From contig NW_027266267.1 in NCBI RefSeq assembly GCF_022045235.1, positions 14,942,001 through 15,006,000 on the forward strand: a stretch of DNA of 64,000 nucleotides. Reading direction: 5' to 3'. Source of the stretch: Haliotis cracherodii (lineage: Eukaryota). How positions within the stretch are numbered: the first letter of the stretch is position 1; the number at the start of each line of letters is the position of its first letter. A program made the position numbers and the translations under genes. Shown piece after piece: positions 63,830-64,000 of the stretch. The notes under the pieces are model-generated. The model made no database searches. It was not told where the DNA came from and saw only the letters and a list, made by a program, of their open reading frames with translations.

Positions 63830-64000
63830 GGCAGTGGGGGTAGCCTAATGGTTAAAGCACTCTCTTGTCATGCCGAAAGACCTGGGTTAGACTCCCCACA
63901 TGGGTACAATGTGTGAAGCCCATTTCTGGTGTCCCCTGCCATGATATTGCTGGAATATTACTAAAAGCGGCTAAAAACCATACTTACTCACTCACTCACT
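63830..64000 (+). mobile_element. SINE family C copy
   Basis: Matches 43801-43972; its (CACT)n tail reaches the window end. Confidence 0.88.

Overview
Eukaryotic, AT-rich, repeat-dense animal genomic DNA. The tRNA-derived SINEs with (CACT)n tails suggest a mollusc such as abalone, but this is inference only. Main content: (1) a decayed BEL/Pao LTR retrotransposon (1-2.9 kb, minus); (2) a tandem cluster of chondroitin-sulfate-synthase (CHSY)-like glycosyltransferase copies, with one intact 2-exon 437-aa gene that lacks the C-terminal GT7 domain, flanked by two pseudogenes; (3) a complete 5-exon RBM42 gene (21641-63230, plus, 391 aa) whose last intron is 28.6 kb; (4) nested antisense in that intron, a spliced gene the ORF track does not assemble. 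It encodes a 152-aa secreted neuropeptide-like precursor (signal peptide, CSGWGAGC loop, ...SGRSWGAI-GKR amidation site) with a candidate TATA/Inr/CRE promoter and non-coding first exon about 13 kb upstream, a 54-bp array that multiplies one of its splice donors, and rearranged relics of a duplicate copy. The rest is Tc1/mariner, DIRS, Penelope-like, LINE, hAT-MITE and SINE debris plus many minisatellites, including a fold-back element built from two outward-facing tRNA-like units. All calls come from reading the sequence; no database searches were run.
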